DNA of 62,950 bases, counting the filler, from Nemertoderma westbladi (taxonomy: Eukaryota > Animalia > Xenacoelomorpha), in the NCBI GenBank assembly GCA_032718475.1. It is 3 parts of 3 records of this genome, joined end to end, with 100 filler letters (N's around TTAATTAATTAA, not from the genome) between each part and the next. Parts side by side here need not be neighbours in the genome. Positions count along the whole stretch, not along the records: positions 1 to 29,428 come from JAUCBJ010008425.1; positions 29,529 to 55,378 come from JAUCBJ010002045.1; 1 more part is not named here. One strand, 5' to 3'. A program made the position numbers and the translations under genes. Below are positions 22,629 through 33,500 of the stretch, piece by piece (position 1 is the first letter of the stretch; every line of letters starts with the position of its first letter). The notes beneath the pieces were generated by a model. That model was not told the origin of the DNA and searched no databases. It was given only the letters and a program-made list of their open reading frames with translations.

Positions 22629-23910
22629 CCTCGCTCTCTGACAGCACCATCTGCGCCAGTTCCAGTCGGCGCTTCTGTTTTGCTTGATACTGCATAAGCC
22701 CCTTCAACCGGGCGTGCATATCATCCTGCACACGTTTTCCCGTTCTCTCCGTCTCCCCATCCTCTCGCGAACTCTGCTCGGCCAACTCCGCCTGTTTCGC
22801 AACTCTCTCAAGTCGTCTCGCCTCGCGCTCTCTTCGCTCACTCTCCGCTCTCGCCTCACGCTCTTTACGTTCGCTCTGTTCTCTTGCCTCACGCTCTTTG
22901 CGTTCACTCTCTTGCTCCTTCCTTTCCCTCATTCCTATTTCTTCACACTCCCTAAAGCTTCTCGCGACACTCTCGGCCCTCTCTTTATTCTCTCTGGCCA
23001 GCTCTTTCTCTAGTAACGCACTCCCTTCTTCCAACTGCCTCTCTAATTCTCTCTGCTCCAGCGCTACCAGATCGAGCTGACACACCAGATTTATTTCTAA
23101 CACCCGTCTTTCTTTTGCGGAGGATGTAGCAGACTTGTCAGTCGCGACGGACTCCCGCCGCCTTCCCTTCCTACTGACTTTCCCCCGCCTCCTGGAATTT
23201 TCGCCGACCGACGAGACCGAATCCTTGGGGTTAACCTTGGATTCGCCCTCCTGCGGTCCCCTCCAACCCACTAACTTAATTCCCCGGGCATCAACTAAGT
23301 ATGGCCCTATGTACACTACACCAGGCTCTATACCCCTACATTCCCACAGTTCAAACAGTTCGGTAGCGACCCCTCTCGCTCTCTCATTGGCTAGTTCTCC
23401 CTGCCCAAAGCGCACCAGATAATCAAAATGTTTATTCGACTCACCTAGCCGCTTCTCTAGCTTCACCTGGTCTATCTTCGCCCCTTCCTTGGCTTCCCTC
23501 AACTGCTTCCTGGTTGCGTTGTAGGCTCGTCGGAGCCGGTCTCTGACTCTGACGTCCTCGTCGCCGACATCCCCTCCATCTCTCTGTGTTCGGCGTCGTA
23601 CCGGCGGCCCCACCGTCGCCGTTCCGGTGGGCCGTCCGTCGCCCTCGGCCTGTGGCTGGCCGGCGACATCGGTACCTCGTGCGCCATCGTGCGTCGACTC
23701 GTCTCTCCTCTCTATCGACTCGTCTCTCCCTTCTCTCGACTCGTCTCTCCCTCGCTGTGGTAGACGGCCGCCCTCCGCTTGGGCCGCCGGATCGTTCGGG
23801 GTTGACGACTCCGGCGTCCTGGGTCGGTACCGTCTCGTCACGGCCTCGCGGATCGTTTCGTTCGTATCGTCCGGGGTCCGTGGCGGTGTTGTCTCTCCTT
23901 GCTGACTCAT
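22555..23910 (-). CDS. First ORF of BEL element: charged/coiled-coil Gag N-terminal region
   Basis: 451-aa ORF starting 110 nt after the 5' LTR. Contains the BEL-typical PKDSVSSVG motif followed by a long E/R-rich stretch. Confidence 0.7.
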   Translation of the reverse strand: MSQQGETTPPRTPDDTNETIREAVTRRYRPRTPESSTPNDPAAQAEGGRLPQRGRDESREGRDESIERRDESTHDGARGTDVAGQPQAEGDGRPTGTATVGPPVRRRTQRDGGDVGDEDVRVRDRLRRAYNATRKQLREAKEGAKIDQVKLEKRLGESNKHFDYLVRFGQGELANERARGVATELFELWECRGIEPGVVYIGPYLVDARGIKLVGWRGPQEGESKVNPKDSVSSVGENSRRRGKVSRKGRRRESVATDKSATSSAKERRVLEINLVCQLDLVALEQRELERQLEEGSALLEKELARENKERAESVARSFRECEEIGMRERKEQESERKEREAREQSERKEREARAESERREREARRLERVAKQAELAEQSSREDGETERTGKRVQDDMHARLKGLMQYQAKQKRRLELAQMVLSESEVGSGSIYGEPEVRETFINTPLTGT

Positions 23911-24020
23911 CTTTTAACTTCTTCCTTAGATTGGTGGCTGGCAGTCACAGTTTCAGGTTAGCTGGTCTTTTATTACTGTGGCAGGCAGTCGCAGTTTCAG
24001 GCAGTTTGATATTTTATTAC

Positions 24021-24576
24021 TGTGACGGGATCCGGGGATCCCGACCTGTTGTTTTATTTACGCGTCCCCGCCGTGTGTGAAAAGAGTTTGTTGAGAGTTC
24101 TGGTCTTGTTGATTAATCAATATGTATAAATATAATAAATGAACAGAAAGAGAATTAAGAACTACAGAATACCGGTAATATAAATTGGTGATGGCAGCGG
24201 CGACGGTAATAAAAGTTACCGTACTGCCCTTAACTGTACTGAGAAACTAAACTGTAAACTGAACACCAACCAGTAGTATATCACACCACGTTGGCCTTAT
24301 TACTCAGCTGATTCCTTTCCTGTGCCCCCGTTGGTTGGTAACCTAATTCTCGCCCTTAACTCTCTGGGAGTGTTTTCCCCCTGCTACTGTCACTCTCTCC
24401 CTCCCGGAGGTGTAACCTCTGACCCCCTTTGTGTGAGGCCCTTTGGGGTTTGTCGTCCCCGTTTATTGGGGGTGATACGAGGTTGATTGGCAATCAACCT
24501 CGTACTCCCCAATATTGCTTAAAGGCCTTGCTTGGCCAACTTTATGGGGTGGTTGGCGGAATTGAATTCGCTAACA
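24021..24576 (-). repeat. 5' LTR of BEL element (556 bp)
   Basis: ~98% identical to 14547-15103. Inr-like GTGTTCAGT at 24258-24266. Confidence 0.95.
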
Positions 24577-26887
24577 AACAAATGGAGAAAGATCGCTTTC
24601 TCCACTCGAGAGAAGAAGGGTGCGGAGCCAGGGTTGGAGGAGATGTCAAACTGCCTTAACTACGAGGCAGACTTGATAACAGATCTAGTTTATAGTGAGG
24701 AAAGTCTCGGTAAGGTACTGAAAGTGGAATGCAGCCAAACTAAACCGGAACATAGTCTGGCGGATGCATTTCCAAAAGTAATTCAGTCGCTACCGCATGC
24801 GGCCACACAGGGGACTACAAGTCCACAGAGCCCTGGGAATAGAGCCACATCGTGGCAGGGACTGAGAAAAAACAACAACACCAATAGATACAAACCCAAT
24901 ACTCCCAGTAGGCCGAGTCCAAGCAACCAAAACACCAAACTGCTAGATATGAATCTAAGCGCAATACATGAAGCGCTATATGAGGAACGCTACAACCCTG
25001 ATTACAAATGTCAATTGCATAGAAACGGGACTCATAAGACCATAGACAATAAGCATTGGCAGGCGTTACTTAAACAAGATCGGATAACCTACACTGGTAA
25101 GAAAGGATTATGTCATCGATGCGCGGTAGGAGGACACAGAAAAGACAAATGTCAGGAACCACCAATCAAGTATGCCGATGCTGACGGGACTGGAGGCCCG
25201 GTGATGGCGACGAGGACCATGGGAGCAAGAAGGAAGAGAGAACAGTACTACTGGGAGTAGTACCAGTGAGGATAATAGGAGAGAATGGGCTATCGGTTAC
25301 GACGCTAATGTTGGTCAATAGTGGAGCAGCGTTCACGCTAAGAAGATAGGCCAAGAAGATAGGTTTACAAACCAGGTAAAGACGAGGTCATGAAGATGAG
25401 GACGGGACGGTATAAAATCGAGTGATAACACCAGGGTGCGACTATGGGGCTACCATCGAACCCATTCAAATAATAGAGTCGATAAACATCAACGCGAGGC
25501 GACCTACAAAGATCGAGATCGAGCAATACTGGTACCTGGACGACATCAACTTCTCAGTGACCGAACTGTATGTCCCGAAACTGTCTCTCATAGTCGGGAC
25601 CTAGAAGCAATGGGATGGAACACGAATGTTCCTGGCGAGTATCGGTATGAGGATGGAGAAAAGTGGACAACGAGATATCTGGAAAGATGTCCAGAAGAGA
25701 CAACGGTCCAATTAAGAAGCATACCGATACTGAGGAGGTCGAAAAAGAAGATAAGGTGGAAAGGGAGAGGATGTAAGAAGGTTAATCCAAAGGGACAGGA
25801 TTCGAGGATAAAGGATGATGGGACGGGAAGGTTAGGTGTTGAACACGGGGCTGGCAGAGTGCGAGGGGGCATTAAATGATAAACCATTTTGCATACCGAA
25901 TGATGACCAATGGTCATCGGGGCTTTAACACCAGCGCATATATTGAGGGGGGGGGGCAGCAGAGGTGGAATGTACCAGTGGTGATGAGATGAAGGGTGGC
26001 ATTCTGCCGCTAAAAGACGACGACGAATTCTATGAGACAGCGGGAAGGTCAGACCTGAGACAGAAGAATAGGGGGGGGGGGGGGGCAGTGAGGGGCCATA
26101 TGGCCAGAAGTGATGTCAGTGGGCCAGATGTGGATATGAAACCTACTGATGAGAAAAGAACCAAGAGTAGCAATCAACTACCAAAAGAGGGATTTTATGA
26201 AGAATTGGCCAATCTCCAGGATGAAGATTTCTATAACAGCAGGGGGCATTCTACTATTGATTGCTACCCTGGCGTGGACGGAAGGATTAGATCCATGGAA
26301 GTGAGGATCGGAGGAAAGATAGGGGCCAAAGATAGGAAGACCTACAGGAGGGTGGTAGGGAAGTGTTGCCTATTGGAGGGATCGCCCTAATTAGTTGAGT
26401 CTTCCAATATATTGGACTGAGGGGGGTGGAAATGATGGCGAGGCGCTCTTCCAACACACTAAATAAAAAATAATAAAATAAAAACAAGTAGTAAGTAGTA
26501 GTACCAAGGTACACACGTCTGATGGGTACGGACGTACCAACGTACATAATATTTAGGTGTAGGTAGTTACAATTACGTACGTCGGATGGGTACAAAATGT
26601 ACCAACATACCTAGTTTACATACGCACCACAAGCCAGGTCAATGGGACCAATATTAATATGTAATACGTACTACTGTCGGCACTGAGAGCGCCATGCGAG
26701 GAGTTGAGGGGAGTATGTACGCATACTGTAGTAGAAGTGTACATGGTACCATAGTGAGGATTGGAAGGGTATACAATGCGTACATGTGATGGGCACAATT
26801 TTTCCAACATACGCAATAAATACCAAACATGCCGGGTCAATGGGACCAATATTAATACGTAATACATACTATAGTGGGCACTGAGGG

Positions 26888-28150
26888 TGTTCGCGCTTTC
26901 AGACCTTTGGCAGTTTAACCCGCCAAATTAAGATGTCTTCTAGATATTAAATCGCTTTTTAGCCTATGACAAGTATTTGATTCACTACACTAGTCGAAAC
27001 CAATCTGTGCGCGATCATTCACCCGCTGGATATTCCCGGGAGATTGGGTTCGACGGTTTAATTTTATTGCTATGTAAGCCTAATGTATTATTCGACTGAC
27101 AGTATTATATAATCTCTGACAATATTATTCACTTTCGGGAATATTAACAGTTCCTTTAGGACGTGGCGCTTTATCTATATAAACAGAGTTATGACTTAAA
27201 CTACTCACAACGATATGGCTTAATTATAATTCACATATATGGCGCATTCTTTAGGAAATGCTTCTTTAACAGACTCACTCGTACACAATGCTGCACAATA
27301 CTGCACACTAATCTGCCAATCTTCACTGATTTTAGTCACATATAAAAGGAACACAGACTGACTCATGTAGGGGTCTATCAAATAACATTAGATTCACTTC
27401 AAACCACTTTAACATAAGTCACAATCGTTATTGGTAACCTTTCTCTCTTACCTTCGGTATATCAAGAATATTGGGTGTCGGGGTTATTTCTCGTTATTCC
27501 AATATAATAATTCATCAACAAATATAATGAATAACCGACAACAAATAACAATATACAGTATCGATTGAGCAGGTAATTTTAGCAGTTTCAGCAGTTATTA
27601 AAAGCCGTGTGTCAGCAGTATTCACAGATCAGTGATTCCATGAGTTTGGTCGGTACGGCAGTTAAAGGATATATGTCCTTATAATTAAACCTACTAGTGT
27701 TGAGCTAAAAAGCAGAAAGCACAAAACACTATAAAGTCGTTCTTTCGTGGCTTTGCAAAACTCGTGACTACTGCTCTATACGAGGATACCAACTACCCTT
27801 ATTCCACGAAGCTCCCGTTCAACACAGAGAAAGAGCAGTGAGATAGGAAAATTTCAGTTCAGTAGCTCTGTGATAGGTCAAATCAAGGCTAACTCAAATT
27901 CTATTGGGAGATACAGAAAGTTGCAACGTGGCTATACCAACCTTTAGGCGTGGTCATGGCAGCGACACTGTTTTAAACAGTATCGAGCCGTCATGAAATT
28001 GCAGATTATGTCCTCTACAGTACAAATACAGCCAATAAGCTGGTAGCTTGCACTATTTTTAGCTATAGATCACCTTTAGAGTATTCTAGCGACCGGGGGG
28101 GAACTGGCCAACAAGGCAAACGAATCAGTTATCCCACAAAAGCTTTTACA
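26888..28150 (-). mobile_element. 3' LTR of an element related to the 787-1993 LTR
   Basis: Same TGTAAAAGCTTTTGTGGG start and GCGCGAACA end. Preceded on the minus strand by purine-rich GGGAGCGG (28151-28158). Confidence 0.75.
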
Positions 28151-29428
28151 CCGCTCCCAGAAAATGGGATTTAAGTCTATAAAATATACAAAATCACAAT
28201 TTCTAATATACATAAATACTCTAAACAGTTAGTCTTTCTTGCGCGGACGGCGTTTACGCAGTTTTTTAAAGCTAGCAAGAGTCATTTTCTCTTTGGGGGA
28301 AGCCACTTTACTAGGAGGGCCATAACTCCTGGGTGAAGGGTGCAATATGATTGCATTAAAAGGTTTGGGTTTACGGTCGGTGTCTCGTCCATTTCGATAT
28401 GCTTCTCCTCGAGCTGATTTTCCTCCGCTTGTCATGGGATACGTTCGTCCAAAACTCTCGCAGAGAATAGGGTTTTCTAAGCTTGATATCTTCTTTGAGA
28501 TTCGAGGTTTCCCAATCGAACTGAGATAAGGCCAATTTGTTTATCGATGGGACTTACTGTTATAACTTACGTTTATCTGAACAAACGCAGGTTTCCTTTT
28601 TGATCTTTATAGAATAGCGTTTAACTCGTTTCGTACAACGCTCTCCTTCACCTTGATGAAGGGTTGTATCGCGTTAAACGGGACGACCATATGGTTGGAT
28701 AGTGATATTAGGTGTCCGCGTCACAATCCGGCTAGGTAAGATGGGCGGCTAGCTAGAAATCACTGTCGGAGTGTTACCGATTAATTGTTAGGGTAGCACT
28801 AGATCTTGAACAGTGAGTACAGCTCGGGAGGATCCGTCATACTAATAGGATCACAGGTCTGAGGTCTCACTAGGGAATTAGGAGTTCTGATCGAGTATTC
28901 CGAAACTCTGATCGTAGGTTTACTCTAGGATCGTTAGAGCCGAGTGCGCATAGGTGATACGTCAAACAAGTTTCGCTCGAAACTCCAGTAAATATAACGA
29001 ACACAACTGTGTTTAACACAACGTTTCCGTGGATGTTTATGTCTTTCCGTTTATTGGCTGGGTCTAGGGCATTTACCGTAATAATATCAAAGACGCACGT
29101 CTGGTAGGGGAAACGCGGATGATATTTATTTGTTGTTACAATGCTTCTATCAAGAATTCCAAATATATGTTGGAGTTACCGCGTTTATTTGTTTCTTTAA
29201 TGTCTTTTCTTTCGAGCCGATTTCGAATAGAATTTTCGCATTCGAATTTCAGTTTATGGTTCCGACTCCGCTGGGTATGATATTTAAATAGAACCATTTC
29301 CCTTTTGGTGTCTATATCGTCTATATCGTGTAAATCGATAGGATGACCAGTAGTTAAGAAGGCCATATACGTACCATTACGCTGCGTATATCGAGCAGCG
29401 AATTTTCTATAGTCCAACTCGCGCGCGA
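28151..29428 (-). mobile_element. 3' internal region of that LTR element, with short unassigned ORF remnants
   Basis: Lies upstream of the PPT/3' LTR. ORFs 29136-29417 and 28229-28435 have no recognisable domain. Confidence 0.45.
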
Positions 29429-29528
29429 NNNNNNNNNNNNNNNNNNNNNNNNNNNNNNNNNNNNNNNNNNNNTTAATTAATTAANNNNNNNNNNNNNNNN
29501 NNNNNNNNNNNNNNNNNNNNNNNNNNNN
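29429..29528. other. Artificial contig spacer (N44-TTAATTAATTAA-N44)
   Basis: 100-bp N run with a six-frame stop linker. An identical spacer is at 55379-55478. Confidence 0.97.
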
Positions 29529-29700
29529 AGCAGGTTACAGTGCCACGTATAACCAAAACCAAAACAATAAACTAAACACATTAGAACAGGTTACAATTGT
29601 ATTTGTGAGAGTAATCAGCTGTTATTTGCGTCGAATTTCCCCTGGAGAGGGATGAAGTTTTATTGCGTCCAGTCCCCCCCCCCCCCCCCCCTTTCTGCAA
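29529..29700 (-). mobile_element. Partial copy of the AACTGGACGCAA MITE
   Basis: Reverse complement of ~2590-2785. Confidence 0.75.
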
Positions 29701-30512
29701 ATCGGTATAAATATATAATATAATAAATATACTCCACTGGTAGTAAATATAGGTATGTAATGTAGTTAATATTAAGTAAAATTATTTACAACAACAATAA
29801 GGACCGACATGCCGCTGACGACAGTGAAGTACACACACAGTAAATTGTATAACAACAGTTATGTACTTATACATTCTGGCATTAGAGATAGGTAGAGACA
29901 TTCACAGTAGAATGTAGTTAAAAAATAGTTACTCAAACAAAAAGTTTCGCTAAAATATTATGCTGGTTACTAAATGTTATGAGTTAGGCGTTTATGATAT
30001 TGCATCATAGGCGTACGGGACGGGGGCGCAAAGGGGGGGGGAATGCCCCCCCCCCCTCCCCCCCCCACCCCCCAGCAAATTTCTTGGGGGCGAAATAACT
30101 GACATAAAAGGGGCGGAAATTTTGACTATTAATGCATTTTCTTACATCATTTAATTACTGCACAGAGGTGTAGTATCAGTTATATACCGTCCGGTAAAGT
30201 AAATTCATTAGTTTTATCAAAGTACTGTATTGTTGTTTAAAAAGGTAGATTTAATGTGCAAGCTCTCATCATTAATTAATAATTTCTGCTCGCTTCGCTC
30301 GCATTTTGAGGCCGTGTTATTTTGCAGGAAAACATAACCAACATTATATTTTGTTTCATTTATACTTTAATTCATTATCTGTAATTATTTATTAAATTAT
30401 TGTTAACGTTAACATTGTTGAAATTATTATTTATTGTTATTAAAATTTAATATTATAATTTCAAATTTAAAACAAATAATTTCCAATGACTCACAATTTT
30501 TCTACCTTGCAG

Positions 30513-33500
30513 ACATGAAACTACGAATGCAGAAGTTGGACCCTGTGGAATTCCTCATGGAATTCGGGTACCTTCCCCTCGATATAAATGAGACACCCGT
30601 AGAGGAACGAGTCCCCATTGTGGAAGAAGCAACTCGAGTGTTCCAACGGAAAGCGAATCTCGAGATTACGGGGGAGTTCGACGCGGCGACGATACACAGA
30701 ATGGCGGGTCCTCGGTGCTCAGTGGAGGATTTCGATTCCTCGGAAAATCTAGAAAACGGTGAACCAAACAGACGGTCAAGGTTTGTCAGACAGACAGTTT
30801 TGAAACCCATCCAGTTACACAGTATTATGGGAAGTACTGGTTTGTGCTGGGTGAGGGGGGGGGGTAAGAATATGGAAATATTGGATACTGATAATATTTA
30901 ACCCTTGGGAGTTAGTGTGGCACCCTTACTGCCCTACAGGTAATAGCCAAGTGAGTGGAGCTTTTAGATTGTTCACATTTAACGATCACTTTATTTACTT
31001 TTGGTTTAGTATACTGAAACAATCTCACTCTGCAAAAATCCACAGACAGTGATATAATATATATTTTTTTAAAGAATGCGTTGGTCCTATTAATTCCACT
31101 CACGACTTTTTACTATTTTTATTTTTTACTATTACAGGTTTGATGACGATTCTGGTTACTCTGTGAGGGAGAGTCGTAGAAGTCTGAACGTTAGACGTCG
31201 CAGACGGTTTGCTAAAGCAGGTAGGTAACAACGATCGCCTTGGTTACAACAATCTAACTAACATAGTTACTTGACAGGGCGACGGCCACTCCTTAGACTT
31301 TTAGATTCCACAGACTTTTAGAGTACTACTGCCATAGTACAATTTTAACAGTTCGCTGATGGCTCGCAATTTTGACTCGCCCCACATTATTTATGCTGAT
31401 TATAGGTACAGCATAAAAATAATACCAAACTAAATTAATAGCACAATTACTTAGGTCCACCTCACGTGTCGGTGCGTGAGACGCATTTCAGACAGTTATA
31501 TAGCGCTTAATAAAAAAAAATAAAAAATTGCCACGATTTAAATAGCGGTCTTTCTAGAACATGGCGGTGCAGGGCATTTTAAATAATATATTTTAGCAGG
31601 GCCTAGAAGTTAAATGATATCATGACCTTTTGCAAGTACAGCAATCATGCTGGTGCATTGATTTTATAATGACATTACGCAATCAAATAACATAATCTAT
31701 CATCTGATATATTTCATAGTCATCTCTGCAATGATTTCTTTTTTATTAAACCTCGTGCTGAAAAATAAAGTGCTAGAATATTCCACATTAAATAAAGGGT
31801 AAATATTTTTCTAGGTCCGGAATGGCGTTCCCACGAACTTACATGGTACATTGAGAATTACACAAATGATATGCCGTCTGGGCAACAGCATACAACCTTC
31901 GTGAGAGCGTTACAGGTTGGTTATAGCTACTAAGTGTAGCGTTACATATGGTATAATATTTGTGTTACAGTTGGATTAATTTTTCTAACAATGGTAATAA
32001 AGGAATTTTATATAAACTTTATTTTCCAGGCGTGGATGTGTTGCAGTTTATATAAACTTTATTTCCCATGCGTGGATGTGTTGCAGTTTATATAAACTTT
32101 ATTTCCCAGACGTGGATGTGTTTCAGTTTATATAAACTTTATTTCCCAGACGTGGCTGTGTTGCAGTTTATATAAACTTTATTTCCCAGACGTGGATGTG
32201 TTGCAGTTTATATAAACTCTATTTCCCAGACGTGGATGTGTTGCAGTTTATATAAACTTTATTTCCCAGACGTGGATGTGTTGCAGTTTATATAAACTCT
32301 ATTTCCCAGACGTGGATGTGTTCCAGTTTATATAAACTTTATTTCCCAGACGTGGATGTGTTCCAGTTGATATAAACTTTATTTCCCAGACGTGGATGTG
32401 TTGCAGTTTATATAAACTTTATTTCCCAGACGTGGTCCAACGTTTGCGACCTGACCTTCCGAGAGATCCTCACCAACGACGCGGACATCATTATAAAGTT
32501 CTCGACGTACGACCACGGTGATGGCTCTTCCAATGCTTTCGACGGAAACGGAGGAACGCTCGCCCACGCGTGGTACCCGGAGAACGGAGACACGCACTTC
32601 GACGATTCGGAACGCTGGACGGTAAAACCCGACGCCACTAACTACATGACCGACTTGTATTGGGTCGCAATACACGAATTCGGACACGCAATAGGTCTGG
32701 GTCATAGTGAAGTACAAGGGGCCATTATGTACCCATATTACCAGGTAAGTGCCTACAAGGGGCCATTATGTACCCATATTACCAGGTAAGTGCCTACAAG
32801 GGGCCATTATGTACCCATATTACCAGGTAAGTGCCTACAAGGGGCCATTATGTACCCATATTACCAGGTAAGTGCCTACAAGGGGCCATTATGTACCCAT
32901 ATTACCAGGTAAGTGCCTGCAAGGGGCCATTATGTACCCATATTACCAGGTAAGTGCCTACAAGGGGCCATTATGTACCCATATTACCAGGTAAGTGCCT
33001 ACAAGGGGCCATTATGTACCCATATTACCAGGTAAGTGCCTACAAGGGTCCATTATGTACCCATATTACCAGGTAAGTGCCTACAAGGGGCCATTATGTA
33101 CCCATATTACCAGGTAAGTGCCTACAAGGGTCCATTATGTACCCATATTACCAGGTAAGTGCCTACAAGGGGCCATTATGTACCCATATTACCAGGTAAG
33201 CACATGGATCGCAATTGAGAAAAGATATCTTTTAGTGCAAATTTGAAGCGTAGCAAAAGAATAAGAAATAACGTTTTGTTTATTATTGTTTATTGTTTTT
33301 CACCGATACTTTAACCATAAAGCGCCCTTTTCTTAATCTTTTAAATTAAAGTAAATTAAACATTATTTTGTTTTTGCGGCCAATTTACGCCATGGCATTA
33401 ATTTGTAATCTAAAAGAGTGTATGATTAAAAGTCATCGAGATGTAAATAGTTTTAAATTTAGATTTAAAAGATTTTTAAACACTGAATTTCGATACGAAT

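Larger units (their letters stand above)
14547..24576 (-). mobile_element. BEL/Pao LTR retrotransposon with both LTRs, 5-bp TSD AACAA, internally deleted (no RNase H)
   Basis: LTRs 14547-15103 and 24021-24576. TSD at 14542-14546 and 24577-24581. PPT GGGGGGGGAG (15104-15113). Order is gag-protease-RT-integrase. Confidence 0.95.
14340..26887 (+). mobile_element. Older, deleted BEL/Pao copy (host). gag 14340-14546 continues at 24577-~25600 (gag-protease); pol C-terminus 26260-26390; 3' region to ~26887
   Basis: ...AQALPIWLRN|KWRKIAFSTREKKGAEPG is continuous across the inserted element and closely similar to ORF 18636-20792. YPGVDGRIRSMEVRIGGKIGAKDRKTYRR matches ORF 16777-16959. Confidence 0.85.

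Noticed and set aside
787-28150. LTRs 787-1993 and 26888-28150 as the two ends of one element
   Set aside because: Too diverged, no shared TSD, and PPT/leader positions show the internal regions point outward.
29429-29528. TTAATTAATTAA palindrome as a biological motif; synteny across it
   Set aside because: Identical linker inside N runs at two places marks an artificial join, so adjacency across contigs is not evidence.
30434-30901. ORF-track start and stop for MMP
   Set aside because: The ORF runs into introns; true boundaries are set by splice sites 30513 and 30780.
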